From positions 2,880,001 through 2,944,000 of the forward strand of contig CBDFIJ010000004.1 in the NCBI GenBank assembly GCA_965248055.1: DNA of 64,000 nt, in the 5' to 3' direction. Below are positions 9,525 through 17,914 of this stretch, in pieces. This DNA is from Candidatus Multivoradales bacterium (GTDB lineage Bacteria; Acidobacteriota; Thermoanaerobaculia; Multivoradales; JAHEKO01). Below the pieces are notes generated by a model. That model was not told the origin of the DNA. It made no database searches and saw nothing but the letters and a program-made list of their open reading frames with translations. How positions within the stretch are numbered: the first letter of the stretch is position 1; each line of letters starts with the position of its first letter. The translations under genes were made by a program, and so were the position numbers.

Positions 9525-11870
9525 GTGCCACGCAAGACAGCTAACACCACCAAAGCCACTACCAAGCCCAGTTTGGCTCCGGGCAAGAGCCAGGAGCTGT
9601 TCGGAATCCTGCTGATTGCGGGTGGCTTGATCTTGGCGATTGCGGTCGCCACTTACTATCCGCATGACCCCAGCTTGCTGTTCCGCACCAGCGAAGAGTC
9701 AACCGGGGTTCGCAATGCGATCGGGCCTTTCGGTGCCAATCTCGGCGCTCTCGCCTTCGGCCTGTTCGGTGTCACCATTGTTGCCACTCCGCTGTTGATG
9801 CTTTGGGCCGGGATCCGAAGAATGCGCAAGAGTCGATTTGAGCCAGTGTTTGGGCGCGGATTTGGCGTCGTGACGCTGTTGTTCTTCTTGCCCGCACTGC
9901 TGGCTTTGGTGGTTGGTGACCTACGCTGGCGGGGAATTGATATTCCTTCCGGTGGCGCCATTGGCACTTTGATGACCGAAGCTGCCGAGCCGCGCATCGG
10001 TGCGGTGGGTTCGCTGGTGGTTTTTGTCGCCGGATTTTTGGTTGCCTTGGTGCTGCTGATTCAGTCGACCATGAGCGAAGTAGTGGGTGGTTGGGGGCGG
10101 CGCACCAAGAGCGCAACCGATGGAGTCGGCCTGAGCCTGACCCGTCGGCGCGAGCGTCTCAATAAAGCCAAGGCTCGGCGCAAAGTGGTCAACAAACAAG
10201 TGCGCCGCGCGCAAGAACGGCGCAAGAAGGCCAAGCCGGAACGCGTCGACCTGCCCTTGCGGGTGACCGAGAAGAGCGGCGAAGGCAGCTTTGGCGTGCG
10301 CAGGGTGGCCGGGGATGGCTCTACCAACAGCGTAGGTCGGATGCAGAAAGAAATCGCTTTTCCTAAGACCAAAGGCAAGCGCATCCTGCCGCCCGCGGAT
10401 TTACTGAAGACCGAAGCCCCCAAGGCCTGGATCGAAGAAAACGAGCTGATCCGATTGGGAGAGGTGATTCGGCAGCGGTGTTCGGAGTTTGGAGTCGAAG
10501 GGACAATCGAGGGCATCGCCCCCGGGCCGGTGATCACGGTATTCGAGTTCCAGCCCGCGCCTGGGGTCAAGGTCAGTCAGATCATCAACCTACAAGACGA
10601 CCTAGCGCTGGCACTTAAGGCCGAGTCGGTGCGCATTGATCGCCTCCCGGGACGCTCCACGCTGGGCATCGAGGTCCCCAATGACACTCGCTCGACGATT
10701 CACCTGGGATACCTGCTGCAGCGTGAAGAATTCCAAGCCTCACGGTCGCGTTTGACGATGGCGATTGGCGTCAACATGCACGGTGAGCCCTACTATGCCG
10801 ACCTCGCCACCATGCCTCATCTGTTGGTTGCAGGTGCCACTGGAGCCGGCAAAAGCGTCGGCCTACAGAGCATGATTACCTCGATCTTGCTCAACGCAAC
10901 TCGCGAAGAAGTGCAGTTCATCTTCATTGACCCCAAGCGCGTGGAACTCGGGGTCTACGCGGATATTCCACACCTCAAAACCGAGGTGGTGGTCGACCCC
11001 AAGAAGGCTGCCAACGCACTGCGCTGGGCGGTGACTGAGATGGAGCGTCGTTACCGTTTACTGGCCGAAATCCACGTTCGTTCGATCGCTCAGTACAACC
11101 AAGCGGTGCTCGACCCAGAGGTGCAAAAGCGTTTGGCCCTGACCGATGAAGAAGAAGAACGCGAGATCGACGAACTGCAGCCGCTGCCGTACTACGTCAT
11201 CGTCATTGACGAGCTCGCCGACTTGATGATGGTAGCTTCGTCGGAAGTCGAATCGTCGATTGCCCGACTGGCGCAGATGGCCCGAGCGGTCGGGATTCAC
11301 TTGATTATTGCCACCCAAAGACCTTCCGTGGACGTGCTCACCGGAACCATCAAAGCCAATTTCCCGTGCCGTATCGCTTATGCCACCACCACGCGTATTG
11401 ACTCGCGGACGATCCTTGATCAGAGCGGGGCTGAGCAGCTTCTTGGTCGCGGAGACGCTTTGTTTATGCCGCCGACCAGTTCTCGCCCGATTCGCGTTCA
11501 CGGCGCTTACATCAGCGAGCAAGAAACCGCGACCTTGATCCGTTGGCTGAAGAAACTTGGCAAGCCAGAGCTGGATCTCTCGGTGGTCAAGGCACCGGTC
11601 GAGGAGCGCTCTGGAACCGGTGCCGCAGGCGGAGCAGACGATCCGATGTTCGATGACGCCGCTCGGTTGGTGGTCTCCGAGGGCATGGCCTCCGCGAGTT
11701 TCTTGCAGCGCCGCATGCGCATTGGGTTCTCCCGTGCTGCTCGACTGATTGACATGATGGAACAAGACGGGCTGCTCGGTCCGCCCCGAGGTTCCAAACC
11801 TCGGGAGGTTTTGGTGAAGCCGGATTTTTTTGACGAGTGGGAATCGATGCGGAGAGATGTCGAGGGTTAG
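9525..11870 (+). CDS. ftsK: DNA translocase FtsK
   Basis: N-terminal TM domain, MPHLLVAGATGAGKS, IDELADLMM, ATQRPSVDV, C-terminal gamma domain (LQRRMRIGFSRAARL). Confidence 0.97.
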   Translation: MPRKTANTTKATTKPSLAPGKSQELFGILLIAGGLILAIAVATYYPHDPSLLFRTSEESTGVRNAIGPFGANLGALAFGLFGVTIVATPLLMLWAGIRRMRKSRFEPVFGRGFGVVTLLFFLPALLALVVGDLRWRGIDIPSGGAIGTLMTEAAEPRIGAVGSLVVFVAGFLVALVLLIQSTMSEVVGGWGRRTKSATDGVGLSLTRRRERLNKAKARRKVVNKQVRRAQERRKKAKPERVDLPLRVTEKSGEGSFGVRRVAGDGSTNSVGRMQKEIAFPKTKGKRILPPADLLKTEAPKAWIEENELIRLGEVIRQRCSEFGVEGTIEGIAPGPVITVFEFQPAPGVKVSQIINLQDDLALALKAESVRIDRLPGRSTLGIEVPNDTRSTIHLGYLLQREEFQASRSRLTMAIGVNMHGEPYYADLATMPHLLVAGATGAGKSVGLQSMITSILLNATREEVQFIFIDPKRVELGVYADIPHLKTEVVVDPKKAANALRWAVTEMERRYRLLAEIHVRSIAQYNQAVLDPEVQKRLALTDEEEEREIDELQPLPYYVIVIDELADLMMVASSEVESSIARLAQMARAVGIHLIIATQRPSVDVLTGTIKANFPCRIAYATTTRIDSRTILDQSGAEQLLGRGDALFMPPTSSRPIRVHGAYISEQETATLIRWLKKLGKPELDLSVVKAPVEERSGTGAAGGADDPMFDDAARLVVSEGMASASFLQRRMRIGFSRAARLIDMMEQDGLLGPPRGSKPREVLVKPDFFDEWESMRRDVEG

Positions 11871-11984
11871 CCTTGAATTGACCTTGGAAATTCGGTGGCA
11901 GGCACCGAGGTTTCAAACAACTCAGAATTTGTGCCTCCAAGGTGGCGCCAACTTGGCGGGCGAGAACCCGAGTAGGCCGATTCC

Positions 11985-14030
11985 GTGAAGAGGGAGAGAT
12001 CGCGTCTACGCGAGCTCGGCCAAAGCTTGGCGAAGTTTCCCAAAACTATCTTGGGCGTCCTGGTGGTGCTCGTAGTGCTGTTACTGGCCTACCTGATCGG
12101 CGCCAACTGGTTCCTCAACAGTGAGTGGGGTAAGGCCAAGCTCAACCGCAAGCCTGAAAAACTCAGTATGCAGTGGCAGCGTGCCTGGACTTGGTGGCCG
12201 GGGGTGATTGAGGTCGCCGGTCTCAAACTGGAAGGACACAATCGCCGAGCAGATTGGAGCGCCAGCGTCGAAGACGGCAAAGTGTGGATATGGCTGCCGT
12301 CGTTGATCGGTAAGCACGTCAACATCCTGCGTTTTCCGGGACAAGGGGCGGAGATTGAGGTCGCCTTGCTCCCACCTCCAGACAGCCCACCCCCGGCGAA
12401 GAAAAAGCGTGGATGGCGCATCACCCTGGATAGTCTGCGCATCGACCACCTCCGGCGATTCAAGTTCGCGCCCTATGAGCTTACCGGCGACGGCAATCTT
12501 CACGGACAGGTCAACTTCCGGGTTCGTGAATCGATGCAGTTTGATTTCCGCAAGCTTTCCTTTAACCAAGCCCTGCTGACGGCGGCCGGCGAAACTGCGG
12601 CAGAAGGAATAACCCTGGAAGCGAGCGCTTCGATTGACCAATTCGCCGTGGGTTCAGACACCATCAAAGACCTGCTAGCCAGTTTGACGGCTGAGTTTTT
12701 GCTCCAGGCTGAGTCGGCGCATCTGGGGTTTTTGGACGTCTACCTAGCCACCGTGCCGATGCTGCGGGTGGATGGGCAAGGGCCGCTGACCTTGAATATC
12801 GCGGTCAACGAGGGTCTGCTCTCTCCCGATAGCCAGTTTCGTCTTGAGGGTCCGATCGTCTCGGTTGACTACGCGGGTCTGCGAGCGGTTGGTAATGGCA
12901 GCGTGGTGGGCTCGGTTTTGGCCGAAACCAACAACACCCAAATGTTGGCGACCCTGGAGACCTTTTCGGTCTTTCGATCGGTGGATATGGCCACCTTGGC
13001 CCAGGGGCAGAAACTGCAAGCCAAGATTCTCAATGACTCGATCGCGATCGATCAACCGGCCTCGGGGATTGCTATCGAAATCGAACTGCCTCCCGCCCAC
13101 GTCCCCAACTTGGCGGCTTTTGACGCCTACGTTCCTGCTTCCACCGGTCTCACCGTAACCGGGGGAGAGGCGACCTTCGCCGCCCAACTCTCCTACGACA
13201 GCGTCAGCCAGTCCGGCACCGGATCACTGGCGCTGTCGGGAGATGCCATGCAGGCGGCATTTTCAGATTTGCAGCTCACTGCCAGCACTGACCTCAAAGC
13301 GGTCTTCCCGATCGTCGAAATGGATGAAGGTCGAGTCGGGATTTCAGGAACCGAACTCAATATCTCTGACGTGGTGATCCGTCGTGGGGCACAAGTCCGC
13401 GACCGGGGATGGTGGGGCCATTTTCGTGTAGCCGAGGGCGACGTTCGTTGGACCCCGCAGTTGTTGGCGAATCTGCCGGTGTTGGGCGATCCTTCCAAGG
13501 GTCAAGACAGTCCCACAGGCAAGAACTCAGACCTGGTTATCGAGGTCTCGACTCCTGGGGTCGAAGGTAGCGTTGAGGCCAGTGCCGGTGAGATGGCTAA
13601 GAACACCTCCGACGGTGAGCGCAGCACCCTGGTCGAACAACTGCGCCAATCAGCTTTGATTGAAGCCAGCATCTCCGCTGATCTTCGCGACACCGGCCCG
13701 GTCACCGCCTTGATCCAACAGCGCGCCCCCAAACTCTCTTGGATTGACGGCGTGCTCACCGTCGAAAACGTCAGCGTTACCGCCGATGTCCGCTTGCAAG
13801 AGGCCGATGTCAGCCTGCACGACCTACGCTTGATCGGTGGCCGCAAAGGGCGGCTGGAAATCCTCGGCCAACTCGAACTGCACGAGAAAGAAGAAGAAGG
13901 GGTCGTCTTTGCTCGCTTCGGCCCGTTAAGCGCTGCGGTCAAACTCGACCCCGGTGAGCGCGACTGGAAACTGACCAAGTCGCGGGCTTGGTACGACCAG
14001 CAGGTGGTATCGCTGGCTCACCGGCAATAG
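11985..14030 (+). CDS. Large beta-rich membrane-anchored protein, AsmA-like
   Basis: 681-aa ORF with a single N-terminal TM anchor followed by repeating beta-strand pattern; family call is inference. Confidence 0.6.
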   Translation: MKRERSRLRELGQSLAKFPKTILGVLVVLVVLLLAYLIGANWFLNSEWGKAKLNRKPEKLSMQWQRAWTWWPGVIEVAGLKLEGHNRRADWSASVEDGKVWIWLPSLIGKHVNILRFPGQGAEIEVALLPPPDSPPPAKKKRGWRITLDSLRIDHLRRFKFAPYELTGDGNLHGQVNFRVRESMQFDFRKLSFNQALLTAAGETAAEGITLEASASIDQFAVGSDTIKDLLASLTAEFLLQAESAHLGFLDVYLATVPMLRVDGQGPLTLNIAVNEGLLSPDSQFRLEGPIVSVDYAGLRAVGNGSVVGSVLAETNNTQMLATLETFSVFRSVDMATLAQGQKLQAKILNDSIAIDQPASGIAIEIELPPAHVPNLAAFDAYVPASTGLTVTGGEATFAAQLSYDSVSQSGTGSLALSGDAMQAAFSDLQLTASTDLKAVFPIVEMDEGRVGISGTELNISDVVIRRGAQVRDRGWWGHFRVAEGDVRWTPQLLANLPVLGDPSKGQDSPTGKNSDLVIEVSTPGVEGSVEASAGEMAKNTSDGERSTLVEQLRQSALIEASISADLRDTGPVTALIQQRAPKLSWIDGVLTVENVSVTADVRLQEADVSLHDLRLIGGRKGRLEILGQLELHEKEEEGVVFARFGPLSAAVKLDPGERDWKLTKSRAWYDQQVVSLAHRQ

Positions 14031-14154
14031 ACCCACATAGAGACCTTGGGTTTTAAGGTCATTAGCCGCGCTTTGATACCACTGACAACTCAAGGCGACG
14101 GTTCTTGGCGCCTAAGCGGACCTTGCTGAACTCGATTGGCGCCTCGCGATCGGA

Positions 14155-14388
14155 CTACCTGCAGACGATTTGGAAGGTGTAGCGGTCCTTGTCGCCGTCG
14201 TCTTTGTGGTACCGCTTGATGTTGATTCCCACCATCACGCCACCGTCGGATCCTGAGTTGGGGCAGGCGAGTTCAAGGGTCTCCTTCCTGTCACCGGCGG
14301 AGTTTCCTTGGTAATCACTCAACCACTCCGAACCGTTGACGAACAGGTTATAGATGGTAGCCGAACAGTCGGAATAGGGTGACAGCAT
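14155..14388 (-). pseudogene. Short ORF or 3' remnant of a gene
   Basis: Protein-like composition with a Cys set; frame extends only 15 codons upstream of the ATG to a TAA; no convincing RBS; sits at the edge of the thiaminase island. Confidence 0.3.
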
Positions 14389-14611
14389 CCCGATTCCCTT
14401 CTGTTCATGCTGCGCGTATCGATAGGTCGCTCTTTACTTTTCGTCAACTCCGTAGATAGCTGCTGACCTTAGAGCAGTGGGGTGTGCCCGTTTGGGTTGC
14501 GCAACACAGCATGGCTCTATACAGTAAATCGCAAGTCGGTTAACAGAAGTTGGCGAGCGTCCAGAGTTCGCTGCAAATGTCGGGAGAGCTTTCTCCGGCA
14601 AAAGGAGCACG

Positions 14612-14992
14612 ATGATGGCGACAAAAACGATTCCTTTGGAACTGATTCCGCAGGGTTGGTATATGTCTTGGTTCATGGCCACCCAAGCGGCATTCAACAT
14701 TTGCGTGACGCTTGGCGATAGCGCTGCCACTTACGTCAATAACCAATGTCGCCAGAGCACCAGTTTTGGCACGGTGGCGGAAGGCTTTGCCCAGGTTCAG
14801 GGTGTCAGCGTGACCTTGAACGTGGATATCTCCAGCAGCGATGAGATTTTGGTCGTCAACCACCCGGTGGTGGTGCCCAACGTCAAAGGTCTAGCAGTTG
14901 CCCAGGGTTATGTGTTTGCCTTCGAGGATGCAGATGACCAGGATTTCAACGACTTGTACTGCACTATTATGGCGTGGAAGAGCGTCGGCTGA
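14612..14992 (+). CDS. Small beta protein with a LecB (PA-IIL)/DUF4114-like EDxxDxDFND Ca-binding motif
   Basis: AAGGAG RBS. C-terminal FEDADDQDFNDLYCTIMAW resembles LecB SEDGTDNDYNDAVVVINW. Size is similar to LecB. No signal peptide. Confidence 0.65.
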   Translation: MMATKTIPLELIPQGWYMSWFMATQAAFNICVTLGDSAATYVNNQCRQSTSFGTVAEGFAQVQGVSVTLNVDISSSDEILVVNHPVVVPNVKGLAVAQGYVFAFEDADDQDFNDLYCTIMAWKSVG

Positions 14993-15002
14993 GGGTAATG
15001 CT

Positions 15003-16391
15003 ATGAAGTCCGTAAAACAGTTAACGATCGCGGTTGGTCCGGCATTGACGCTGGCTGCCATCAGCGCGATCATCACACTCTCTTGCACTTCGGCTCCAGA
15101 GTCCCAGATCTCCGCTCCAGAGCCCCAGACCACGGCGGAGATAGAAGCGACCTCGCTTCAGCAGAGGGCGTTCTCAGCTGTGCTGTTTCCTTACATTCCC
15201 GACTCCGGGGAGGACAATTTCGCCAGCTTGATCAGCTCTCTTGAGGGTTCTTTCGAGTCGGCAAACCCGGATATTGACTTGCAGCTGACGATCGATCCGA
15301 ACATAGATGTGTACGACATGGGCACCCTGGCTACGTTGTTGGGGACCGGGGCGGGCGCTGTCAACATGGTCGAGGTCGACACGATTCTCATGGGTGATCT
15401 GGTGTCGCAGGCGATGGTCCAGCCGCTGCCATTCGATATCAGTGGATTCGGTCTGCTGGGGACGGCGGTGACATCTGCCACCGTGAGCTCTACCGTCTAC
15501 GGTGTGCCCACCTATTTATGCGGCAACTACATCTATTCATGGGACCCAGGCATCAGTTCTGTGAACACGGGTCAAGGCTTGATCGATTTTCTGAGCCAAA
15601 GCCCCAACCCTTCGGCTACGTCGCTGATTGGCAATCTCAAGGGCAGTTGGACCTTGCCGTCGGCTTACGTCGACGCTTGGGCCGATACTTACACCAACGA
15701 TCCGAGTCAGGTGGCGACGTCTTACAACCTGCCTTTGGACCCGACGACCATGGGTACCTTTACGCCGGTGGTGTATCTGTGTGGAGTCAACGGTGGACCT
15801 TGTCTGGGCGGTAGCTACAAGGACAACACTCTGGCGGAGACCCAATTCGCACAAAACCTGGCGAACGGAATCGTGGTCTATTCGGAGCGCCTGTTTTATA
15901 TCTTGCAAGCCCGAGGGGGAGACATCACGCTGCCTTATGTAATCTCGGCACCTTTGGGAGTGAACAGCAATCCGTTGATGTTTGTTGATGCCTTGGTACT
16001 TAACCCCGCTTGTGCCGGTCAATGCGCTAGCGACTCCCAGACATTTTCCGCGTTCATGAGCAGTCTCGAAGTGCGCAACTTGATCGCTTTCAGCGAGGAC
16101 GTTTCTCCGATGACTTTCCCGCGCTATTTGCTGCAAGCTCTGGAGACGTTCTATACCACTTCAACGGGTAGTCAGAACCTGATCTATCAGCAACTTTGGC
16201 CATTCATTCAGTTGGCTGAGGCATTTCCCAATCAGGGCTTTCCTGAGTCACGGGTGGCTCTCAATACTGAATTGGAACAGGACTTGACCGGTGGTGTAAT
16301 TGTGGCCGCGGAGTCTCCGGTAGGGCAAGAGGTCGGTGGGGTCGAGATCATAAAGGCTTTGACGCGATTTCCCGACCTTGGGAACCCCTAG
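15003..16391 (+). CDS. Thiaminase I (thiamine pyridinylase), lipoprotein
   Basis: Colinear motifs with P. thiaminolyticus thiaminase I: FPYIPD (YPYVPD), VDTI (LDSI), YGVPTYLCGNY (YGLPQILCTNL, nucleophile Cys), VYSE (GYSE, catalytic Glu), PLMFVDALVLN (PLFYSDVVSVN), PRYLL (PQYLL). Lipobox ITLSC. Confidence 0.85.
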   Translation: MKSVKQLTIAVGPALTLAAISAIITLSCTSAPESQISAPEPQTTAEIEATSLQQRAFSAVLFPYIPDSGEDNFASLISSLEGSFESANPDIDLQLTIDPNIDVYDMGTLATLLGTGAGAVNMVEVDTILMGDLVSQAMVQPLPFDISGFGLLGTAVTSATVSSTVYGVPTYLCGNYIYSWDPGISSVNTGQGLIDFLSQSPNPSATSLIGNLKGSWTLPSAYVDAWADTYTNDPSQVATSYNLPLDPTTMGTFTPVVYLCGVNGGPCLGGSYKDNTLAETQFAQNLANGIVVYSERLFYILQARGGDITLPYVISAPLGVNSNPLMFVDALVLNPACAGQCASDSQTFSAFMSSLEVRNLIAFSEDVSPMTFPRYLLQALETFYTTSTGSQNLIYQQLWPFIQLAEAFPNQGFPESRVALNTELEQDLTGGVIVAAESPVGQEVGGVEIIKALTRFPDLGNP

Positions 16392-16544
16392 ATGGAAGGC
16401 TGAGGAGCAGAATTGCTGGCTGTTCGTGGGTGACTGGGCATTCGAGTTACTCGCCCAGTTCGCTCGCGAACAGGGTTGCCTGCTTTGGGATGGCGCTGGC
16501 CCCCCGCGTTGCCGAGAAGCATTGATACACCGAGTCTTGAAGGC

Positions 16545-16581
16545 AAGAAAAAACCGGGGCCGCCTTATGGCGACCCCGGTT
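16545..16581 (-). terminator. Rho-independent terminator of RRM gene copy 1 (possibly bidirectional)
   Basis: Minus strand AACCGGGGTCGCC-ataa-GGCGGCCCCGGTT followed by a T run. Confidence 0.8.
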
Positions 16582-16620
16582 GTTCGATACTAGGTAATGT
16601 GACCTAGTCGCGTTACTGGC

Positions 16621-16893
16621 TTACCAGGAATCGCGACGGGGGGCACGCTCAACGCGAGGACGGGCCTCATTGATGTTGAGGGAACGACCACCCATGTCGG
16701 TCTGGTTGAGGGCAGCGATGGCCTCATCGGCACCACTGGACATCTCGACGAAACCGAAGCCACGGGGGCGCCCGGTCTCACGGTCGGTGATCAGGCTGAC
16801 TGAATCAATCGAACCGAACTCCTCGAACATGTCCCGTACTTCTGCCTCGGTGGCGGTGAACGGGAGGTTACCTACATAAATTTTCTTAGACAT
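16621..16893 (-). CDS. RRM (RNP-1) RNA-binding protein, copy 1
   Basis: RNP2 IYVGNL, RNP1 RGFGFVEM, NEARPR; AAGGAG RBS. Confidence 0.95.
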   Translation of the reverse strand: MSKKIYVGNLPFTATEAEVRDMFEEFGSIDSVSLITDRETGRPRGFGFVEMSSGADEAIAALNQTDMGGRSLNINEARPRVERAPRRDSW

Positions 16894-17082
16894 GAACTCT
16901 AACTCCTTGACCGTTTTAATAAACGGCGCTTGTTTTCGATCGATTGATCAAAAAATCCTTTTCTACAGAAACACACCGTGACCTACGGTTAACACTCAAC
17001 TCTGGCTTAAGGACGGTTAGAACTGTCGTATGGGCGGGAGGGGAGGTGCGAGGGTCGTTGGGCGCTCCCAACTTGAACTGAC

Positions 17083-17112
17083 ATTTTACTACCGATGGCT
17101 AGCTTGGGTCAA
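17083..17112 (-). promoter_or_regulatory. Sigma70-type promoter of RRM copy 1
   Basis: TTGACC-N18-TAAAAT on the minus strand; predicted +1 near 17076. Confidence 0.65.
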
Positions 17113-17274
17113 TGAGCGGGGCAATCAACCCAATTGAAAGAAGCTGAAGAGGGGTAACATCAACGGTGGAGATTTGAGCGACTACTCGCCTTCTATGAAT
17201 CGGGCGGTAAAGGAATCGCGGAAGAACAATCGGAAAACGGTGGGGCACCGATTGACTACGTGCGCTTGTAAGGA

Positions 17275-17310
17275 AGAAAAAAGCCGGGACCCCTAACGGT
17301 GATCCCGGCT
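17275..17310 (-). terminator. Rho-independent terminator of RRM gene copy 2
   Basis: Minus strand AGCCGGGATCACC-gtta-GGGGTCCCGGCT followed by a T run. Confidence 0.75.
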
Positions 17311-17356
17311 GTTGAATTCTAGGTAACTGTCAGCGCCTAGCCGCCTAGATTGGCGT

Positions 17357-17626
17357 CTACCAGGAGTCGCGACGGGGACGTTCAACGCGGGGACGAGCTT
17401 CGTTGATGTTGAGGGAACGGCCACCCATGTCGGTCTGGTTGAGGGCAGCGATGGCCTCATCGGCACCACTGGACATCTCGACGAAACCGAAGCCACGGGG
17501 GCGCCCGGTCTCACGGTCGGTGATCAGGCTGACTGAGTCAATCGAACCGAACTCCTCGAACATGTCCCGCACTTCTGCCTCGGTGGCGGTGAACGGGAGG
17601 TTACCTACATAAATTTTCTTAGACAT
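17357..17626 (-). CDS. RRM (RNP-1) RNA-binding protein, copy 2
   Basis: Identical to copy 1 except for one missing Ala near the C-terminus. Confidence 0.95.
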   Translation of the reverse strand: MSKKIYVGNLPFTATEAEVRDMFEEFGSIDSVSLITDRETGRPRGFGFVEMSSGADEAIAALNQTDMGGRSLNINEARPRVERPRRDSW

Positions 17627-17914
17627 GAACTCTAACTCCTTGACCGTTTTAATAAACGGCGCTTGTTTTCGATCGATTGATCAAAAAATCCTTTTCTAGA
17701 GAAACACACGGTGACCTACGGTGAACACTCAACTCTGGCTTAAGGACGGTTAGAACTGTCGTATGGCGGGAGGGGTGGTACAGAGGGTCGTTGGGCGTTC
17801 CCAACTGAAGGCATAATTCCATCACAAAGCTTTTGAAGTTGGCAAGTCAAGAGCTGCCTCGCCCGTAGGTTCGTCGAAGACGGTCTCTCCAGAATACGGC
17901 CAGCGGCTCTTCTT

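Larger units (their letters stand above)
16650..17808 (-). repeat. Direct duplication: ~16650-17078 versus ~17385-17808 (RRM CDS plus ~180 nt leader)
   Basis: Near-identical sequence with a 733-bp offset between start codons; covers the CDS and the upstream leader but not the promoter or terminator. Confidence 0.92.

Noticed and set aside
14470-14611. TPP riboswitch upstream of the thiaminase operon (GGGGTG start)
   Set aside because: No CTGAGA or ACCTGA..AATxC..GCGxAGG core motifs
14030-16600. Bacimethrin (bcm) biosynthetic cluster
   Set aside because: No thymidylate-synthase-like, glycosidase, methyltransferase or kinase genes next to the thiaminase
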